Source of the DNA: Paraspadella gotoi
Lineage: Eukaryota; Animalia; Chaetognatha
Direction of reading: 5' to 3'
Assembly: GCA_051294375.1 (NCBI GenBank)
Contig: JBJCIZ010000387.1
Location: forward strand, 1 to 15,585
Length of the DNA: 15,585 bases
Under the pieces are notes generated by a model. That model made no database searches. It had not been told where the DNA came from and worked only from the letters and a program-made list of their open reading frames with translations. Every line of letters begins with the position of its first letter. Position 1 is the first letter of the stretch. The position numbers were made by a program, and so were the translations under genes. This document shows, one piece after another, positions 9,593-15,585 of this stretch.

Positions 9593-10955
9593 CGAGAAAA
9601 GTGGGGAAACACACAAATCTAGAGGACTGTGGATTGGATAAGGAGGAATTAAGAATTGAAGAGCAAACCGTGACTAAAGTGCAAAGGTGACACAATCGTT
9701 CGTAATATGTTATGTCGGTCAAAGTGAAATTTTACTGTCCATTTTGTGACAGTGGAGCGCGGAACGTTGTGAGGAGGGACAGTCACTCAGAGGTGTAGAT
9801 CGTGAAAAAAATAAAGCATATCTATGTGAAAACATAATTTCGGAATTGAAGTATGAAAGTAAGAAGGAAATATATTTGCAGAGGTGAGGGGTAAAGAAAT
9901 ATATATCGAAGTCGCAGAAGTATATAGTGTGGTGTGGACGATTGGATAGGTCATAAAAAAAGACAATAAAAGATTTATGAAGGATAAAGATAGCGGAAGA
10001 GATTCCACAATAAGAGTGGGAAATTATAACAATTTAAAAAACTCTTTTTTAGTCAATCACAGGTAGATTTATAGGAACGCAAGTGCCTTTGAGATCGGAA
10101 TAAAAAAAGAGAGGGGTCACAAGGTCGTATATAAAATCAGAAGAAATAGTGTGAAAGTAAATTAGGGCGAAGCTTTGTAGTTAAGAGAAGAGGAAAATAA
10201 GTAAGTAGAATATATGATTGCTAGCCGATAGAACGCTTTAATTTCTTTTGACGACTAGGTTTTACTATAGAGGGATTATCACCTTCCCCTGCCCTTTCTC
10301 TGCTTTATTACTCCTTTCTCTCCACCCCCGCCCCGAAAGGACATATTCACAAATGCGGGTGATGGAGCACTGGATCGTTGAGTGAGGATAAGGAGGGCAG
10401 ACTCGGCAACCTCGTAAGGAATGCCGCTCGAAACGTGAGGAGCGGGACGCCCCGGCGGAATCGGAGGAGGAGAAAAACCACAGCCAAAGATCCCAGACTG
10501 GTCCCAGTGCCCTAGCTGAGGGATAGACGTAGGAGCGAACAACACACGGAGTAAAATTTTAGGAGATTCCTGGACTGATGTAACATGCATAGGCTAACGA
10601 AAGGAGAATGTTATAATGTATTGGTGCTGATAAAGGGGGAGAAAATCTATACAATTATTAAATATAGAATTAAATTGTAGGCCTAAATTACGCGGCAATC
10701 CGATCCGCAAGGAAAAAAAAAAGAGTCCTACTACCTACAAATATTTTTAAAACATAAAGGAGAGGACATTGACCGTTGAAAAATATTTATAGTTTTTCGA
10801 ATCCATGATGTGCAAACATTAAGCAGCACAGTTTGAACGCCGCAGTAAACGCCTTGGATGAGAATGACGGTGAACACACGAATCCGAAGATGGACGATCT
10901 CAAGAAAAGAACTGAAAGTCTATGTATGGTCGTGGAAGTCTGACTCAGCAATTTT

Positions 10956-10971
10956 GAGAGAGAGCAGGAGA

Positions 10972-11015
<44 letters not shown>

Positions 11016-11087
11016 CGGAGAGAGAAAGAGAAAGAGAGAAAAGAGAGAGAGTAGAGAGAAAGGACAGAGAGAGACAAGAGAGAGAGG
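10956..11087 (+). repeat. Long imperfect (GA)n polypurine tract
   Basis: About 130 bp of near-continuous purines with a perfect AG core at 10981-11008. Confidence 0.95.
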
Positions 11088-11639
11088 CAAATAATGATTG
11101 GAGAAGACATAGATAATTTTTTTTCAATACCCTGAGTTGATAGGTCGTGACTCGTGAAAAATTACAAAAAATTTTACGTACTATCAATTTTTTCATCAAC
11201 AAAAGACGAATAGGTACCCGTACAAAATTTACTCGCTCTAAAGTTCGACTATTGTCCATTTAAAATTCAAAATTGGCCCTCATTAGCAGAGAAATCAAAA
11301 AAGCAAAAATGTGGCAAATTTCCGAATTTCAGAGTATTTTCCTTTATCTTAACGCGGACAAACAAACCTAGGAATCGGATTTAAGGATGAAGCACTTTAT
11401 GATCGGCGTTGTTCTCGGTGCCGCACCGCCGCCTTAAGCCTTAGCCTCGGCGTCGAAATCTAACCGGCGTCGAATCTCGGCGCGTCCCTTTTTCGCCGTG
11501 AGGATTTGGCTTTCGGTATTTGAAAAATGGTCCTCGACACGCGACGGAAAAAAAAAAAAAAGAAGAAAATGATAGAAAAAAAAATGGCGCGCATAAAGAA
11601 ATTGGGCCGAGGAACTGCCATCAATTTGGCCTCGCGTGA

Positions 11640-11703
11640 GGGGGGGGAAAGGGAGCAGGTGGAAACGTGGGGCCAAGGGGGAAGGGGCAATTGGATGAGG
11701 GGG
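11640..11703 (+). other. G-run cluster, potential G-quadruplex
   Basis: Six runs of at least 3 G: 11640-47, 11651-53, 11669-72, 11677-81, 11684-87 and 11699-703. Confidence 0.5.
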
Positions 11704-13512
11704 TTGGTAGGAGAGAGCGGGAAAGGCGACTCTAAGATATAAAGTTGCTTTTCGCGTTCATTATTTATTTCGGTTTTTTTTTTCTCTTTCTTTTTTTAAT
11801 ATGACGGATTTAAAAGCTCGTGTAATGGTTCGCTCTTTCTCGAGTGAGAAAATTTTAATTTCCGTTTGGCATTTGGTTCTGGAAGGACTTGGCACTTTGA
11901 CAAACGACTTAGCTGCTGGAGAAGGGGAAAAAATGGGAGCTGAGATCGCAAGGCCCGTTATTATTTTTTTATATTTTATTATAGAAATGGTTATTGAAGT
12001 ATGTTTATTTTAAAAAAAACAAAAAAACTGGCCCATCCGGCCAGGGCACAAAAGAAAAAAGAGTGTTGTATAAAAACTGCTATTTATATTTTAAGCAATA
12101 ACGTGTGAAATCTTCTATTTTCCAACGAGCAGACGATTCCGCCGTCACAGATGCACTATATACTATATTCTATATTTTTAGAAGAGACAAGAAAAAATAA
12201 GCCAATCTTTTGCAACAAGAAACGCAAAAGGAAGATAAGACGTTTCGAACGAGGGCCATAAAATAATGAATGAGGCTTTGGAACACTTTGAAACGGTCGA
12301 CTTCATGGCGGGTTCTTGACATTTGCCCATCCTTGCCATCTTCGTCGTGCATCCCCTAGGCCGACGTTGCCATATGGCAGGTCGGCCGTCTTCGTAATCG
12401 GCGTCAGTTGTTAAAATAAATGGCGGGAGAGAAAAAAAATAGAGGGGGGCGGGGTCGAAGATCTGTATGAAATAGAGTCGCATTAACGAGAGAATTTTTT
12501 TTTTTCGGTGTTCTTTTTTGGCGGGTTTGGGGAATATCCTTTTTTTGGGTAATGCTAAAATCAAACGAATTTTTATTCACGACTTGTAAAACGTATGGAT
12601 TGGGACAAACAAAGCCTCAACAACCTATTTTTTTCGTGCAAAAATAGGGAAATAATTTAGTAGAAATATGTAAAAAATGACATATGAAAACATAAAGTAA
12701 AAACCTTTCGGTTTCTCCCGCGATGGACAAAAATAAGAACTCGACCTCTGTAATCCCGAACCGGGCCGCCGTTTTTTTTTCCCGGCGCGGTTTCCTCGGC
12801 AAAGGTCCTTGCCCGAGAGACGTAAACAGTTTCCGACCGAAAATATTTTTTTTTTTTCCTTTAAGCAAGAAAAAAAATTGAAACGAAATGTAAAAAAATA
12901 AGAAAAAAATATATTCCAAGTCTTAAAAGGAAAAAAAATGGGTTGTATATACTGTTTCTCTTTGGATGCCATTAAAGCGAGAGCTTTAAAACAACCGTAA
13001 CCGTAAAGTGAGGAGTCGTAAAATCTAAAAAAAAAAAATTGTTACGGGAAGGTTGAATGAGGAAGAGGGGGTTGGATGGGGTGCGGCTGCGGCGCCTGCG
13101 GCGGCTTGGACAGCAAGGCGGCGAAGCTGAGGTTCCGAATTTGCGGTAAACGCGACCCCGCGTTTTTTATCGTCAACGACGTCGGTTCGGCCGGTTCGAC
13201 GGTTCGACGTTACGGTCAGTCGACGGGCCGCTTTGGAAAATTGAAAACAGAGGGACGAGAGAGCGGAAGGGGGGAGAAAAGGTGAGAGAAAGAGGGAGAA
13301 GGGAGATGGGAAGACAATGAATGAAGAGATGGGAGAAGGGAAAAAGGGGAGCGAGCTAAGGAGAAAGATAATGTAAAAGTCGAATGGACTTATAAAAATT
13401 GGTATAACAGTATAATATTATCCGTTCATTTAATAAATGCGCTATTTGCCCAGAACTTTGGACAGGCTTTTTACAATATAATATGACATAACAGGTCACC
13501 TGCCAGCTTCGA

Positions 13513-13532
13513 TTTTTTTTTTTTTTTTTTTT
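13513..13532. repeat. T20 homopolymer (A20 on the minus strand)
   Basis: Twenty consecutive T, the longest homopolymer I noted in the window. Confidence 0.95.
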
Positions 13533-13595
13533 AAACTCGCTCATAGTTTTGTGAGCTTCAATTCAGTCATCTTTACGTGCCGTTGTTGTTTATTG

Positions 13596-14213
13596 TTAAT
13601 CATTGTTATCAACCGTCCTTGTTGTATTCTTTATTTCCTTCGGCTTCCTCTTTTTTTCTTCCGACTTCGCCGAGCAGGCGTCACCGCATTCGCTGACTTC
13701 CCGCCTCGCTTCATCCCCATCCTCTGGGAGAGCGACTCTACTTAAACCTTCGCCTTCAACGTCCATTTGTACTAATCCTTGCAGCGAGTCTTCGTTGACG
13801 GTTGCTCTCTTCGACAGTTTACGTTAGACGATCATTTCTGTACCGGCGCCACTTCCAGTGGCTCCAGAGTCTTTCAATCCCTTTTTTACGCGTGAAAATC
13901 CGATGACAAGCCCGGAAATATATATAATATTCATCACGAAACCCCTAAGGGTATAGACATATATATGTCTATGACATATTTTTGTTAGCTTCCATTTAAT
14001 TATGATGCGTTTTTCCCCGTTTGCAACAGTTTCCGTTTCCAGACAAGATATTTTTTTCCATACCGTAGTGGCTGCCGCCGCTGGCCGCCGCTGCCTGCCG
14101 CTGCCGCCGCTTGGCGCCGCTGCCGCATTCACCCCACTACTGCCTCGACACAAGCCGCTGTCCAGGTAGCCGAGGACACTACAGGATCTGGATCGTAGCC
14201 TCCAAGGTGTTAG
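13596..14213 (-). pseudogene. Possible decayed or retroposed coding fragment (no family recognised)
   Basis: One minus-strand frame is open from 14213 to the TAA at 13598-13596, with a single internal TAA at 13826-13824. The distal 75 codons are acidic and then basic (...MDVEGEGLSRVALPEDGDEARREVSECGDACSAKSEEKKRKPKEIK...). AATAAA and A20 follow. Confidence 0.2.
14070..14126. repeat. Degenerate (GCC/GCT)n trinucleotide tract
   Basis: ggctgccgccgctggccgccgctgcctgccgctgccgccgcttggcgccgctgccgc. Confidence 0.8.
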
Positions 14214-14850
14214 TTAGAATTAGGAAATGAGAGATAATAGTAATTACACCGGCTATCATATCTTTGTTTTAAATGTAATTTTTTTGTCCAAATGTCATTT
14301 ATGATTTTTTTATTGGACAAGAAAGATTCATCTAGTCCTTAATTCCATTCTATTCAAACGAAAATGAGCTTGGAAGGTTGGTCTTGTCGCGTAGCGTCCC
14401 AAAATGACGTCGTTTCTCAATTGAATTCCCCCTGGGTCAGTGATCTGCCGATGCTGTCAACTCTTCATGGACCCAGCCAGGTTTTTTGGCAGCAGAGCAG
14501 TTGAGCGAATCGGACGTTTGTACTTGTACCGTGAGTGCCGGTCTCACCCGTAACCGTCTTAACGGTGATGTTGCATCTTTTTCCCGCTTTCTCCAACCTT
14601 GTGAGTTGTCTTCCAAAGAAATTGAAGGAAAAAATTTTGCTTTTTGGCATGGTTTTGAATATTTGGTCCTCAAGAGTCCAACTTCCGCCCCGTTAACTTA
14701 CATTCAAATCCTCGATTGTAATCAGAATCCTCCAACAATTTTGCGGCCAATGCCAAAGAAATGCACCTTGATAGTCAATTCCATGTTGTAGAATGCAATA
14801 GTTCCGTTTGAAGTAATGAAATAGATTAAAATTAAAAAAGAAAAAAAAGA

Positions 14851-14888
14851 TATAAAGGTATAAAAAGGTATAAAAGGAATAAAAAAGG
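14851..14888 (+). repeat. Degenerate minisatellite, four units of WAT(A)nGG
   Basis: tataaagg / tataaaaagg / tataaaagg / aataaaaaagg, with A-runs of 3, 5, 4 and 6. Confidence 0.7.
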
Positions 14889-15174
14889 TTATATTTAAAT
14901 GGGAAATATAAGGATGACAGAATTTGCAGGAAATTTAAGACACACATGAATTATTTGGATGACAGCTCTTACTCTGGTAGCAAAACAAAATAGTACGTAT
15001 GTGCCATGTATTGCCATTGTATAGTTTCTGATACATTTTTCTTATCTTTTATCTTTACAGTTTCGGGCTTATGAAATTTGGAATCCATTTTTCACTGTTT
15101 CGCACGTTTTGATCGTCAATGATTTTCGCCCTTCGTCGCCAACACCGCAATCAACACGCCACTTACTGTCACTT

Positions 15175-15257
15175 CCGCCGCCGCCGCCGCCAACCGCCGC
15201 AAACCGCCGCCGTCGTCGCCGGCCCGCGTCGCCACCGCGTCGCCACCGCCGTCGCCG
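15175..15257. repeat. (CCG)n-rich tract with an 11-bp tandem unit
   Basis: (CCG)5 at 15175-15189. CCGCGTCGCCA occurs at 15224-15234 and 15235-15245, with a variant third copy at 15246-15256. Confidence 0.88.
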
Positions 15258-15444
15258 GACGATCGCCCCTCATCTCGCAGAATTGAACTTTATGACGCGC
15301 GTAAAGAATGGAGTTTCTCTTTTTTCGCGTCGACGACCGGCGTGAGAGGCCGCCATTGGAGAGGGGTTGGAGGTGGGGAGATGGGGCGGCGTGGGCGGGA
15401 AGATCGAAAACAAAGGTAGGTGGCCTCGAGAGACTGGAACGGAC

Positions 15445-15499
15445 AGAGAGCGAAGAGAGAAAGAGAGAGAGAAAGAGGAGAGAGAGAAGAGGGGAAGAG
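15445..15499 (+). repeat. Imperfect (GA)n polypurine tract
   Basis: agagagcgaagagagaaagagagagagaaagaggagagagagaagaggggaagag. Confidence 0.85.
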
Positions 15500-15585
15500 T
15501 CATATACTCACTCTCCGGACGCAGCCGTCCACCGGAGCAGCGGCGCGCGTTGCCCGACCGACTCACTTCTCCTCTTCCGGGCTTC

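Larger units (their letters stand above)
15125..15585. promoter_or_regulatory. CpG-island-like, GC-rich region with promoter-type motifs (function unproven)
   Basis: Dense CpG. GGGCGG boxes at 15384-15389 and 15393-15398, CCAAT on the minus strand at 15359-15355, an adjacent GA tract and a canonical G4 pattern. No transcription start can be located. Confidence 0.3.

Noticed and set aside
12170-12564. 128-aa and 60-aa minus-strand ORFs
   Set aside because: The longer one has a non-ATG start and an N-terminus built from homopolymer runs. Neither resembles a family I know. Only a BLASTX hit would revive them.
14208-14224. TTAG/TTAGG telomere-like words (also near 421)
   Set aside because: Isolated, degenerate copies with no tandem array.
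2018-14804. 13-bp inverted match GAACTATTGCATT (2018-2030) and AATGCAATAGTTC (14792-14804) as possible terminal inverted repeats
   Set aside because: Too short for a 12.8-kb span, does not extend, and there is no transposase between them.
14437-14947. Cluster of 61-101 aa ORFs on both strands and a minus-strand GTAAGT donor near 14700
   Set aside because: No recognisable product, and no convincing upstream acceptor to pair with the donor.
1-15585. CRISPR array, prokaryotic operon, defence system, rRNA, or LTR/LINE/transposase coding regions
   Set aside because: No regularly spaced repeat-spacer array, no long ORFs (the longest is 166 aa and microsatellite-driven), and no RT, integrase, DDE or rRNA signature seen.

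Overview
This 15.6-kb window reads as eukaryotic-type, essentially non-coding DNA. I find no recognisable gene, RNA gene, CRISPR array, operon or intact mobile element. It is a mosaic of very AT-rich blocks (about 1-660 and 5690-6700), short GC/CpG-rich patches with no visible CpG depletion, and about a dozen imperfect (GA)n/(TC)n tracts of roughly 25-130 bp. It also holds (GAAA)n and (CCG/GCY)n repeats and long A/T homopolymers. Almost all supplied ORFs are by-products of these low-complexity tracts (SL-, RE-, K-, F- or P/R-rich). The most interesting signals are modest: (i) a minus-strand frame 14213->13596 broken by one stop and followed by AATAAA and an A20 run, resembling a retrocopy but with no target-site duplication found; (ii) two other short exon-like patches; (iii) GA tracts repeatedly paired with nearby opposite-polarity TC tracts and sharing flanking motifs; (iv) two G-quadruplex candidates, one in a CpG-island-like end region; (v) a few dispersed repeats and palindromes. 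I cannot support a novel biological system from the sequence alone. The abrupt changes in composition leave open that the window is low-quality, chimeric or synthetic.
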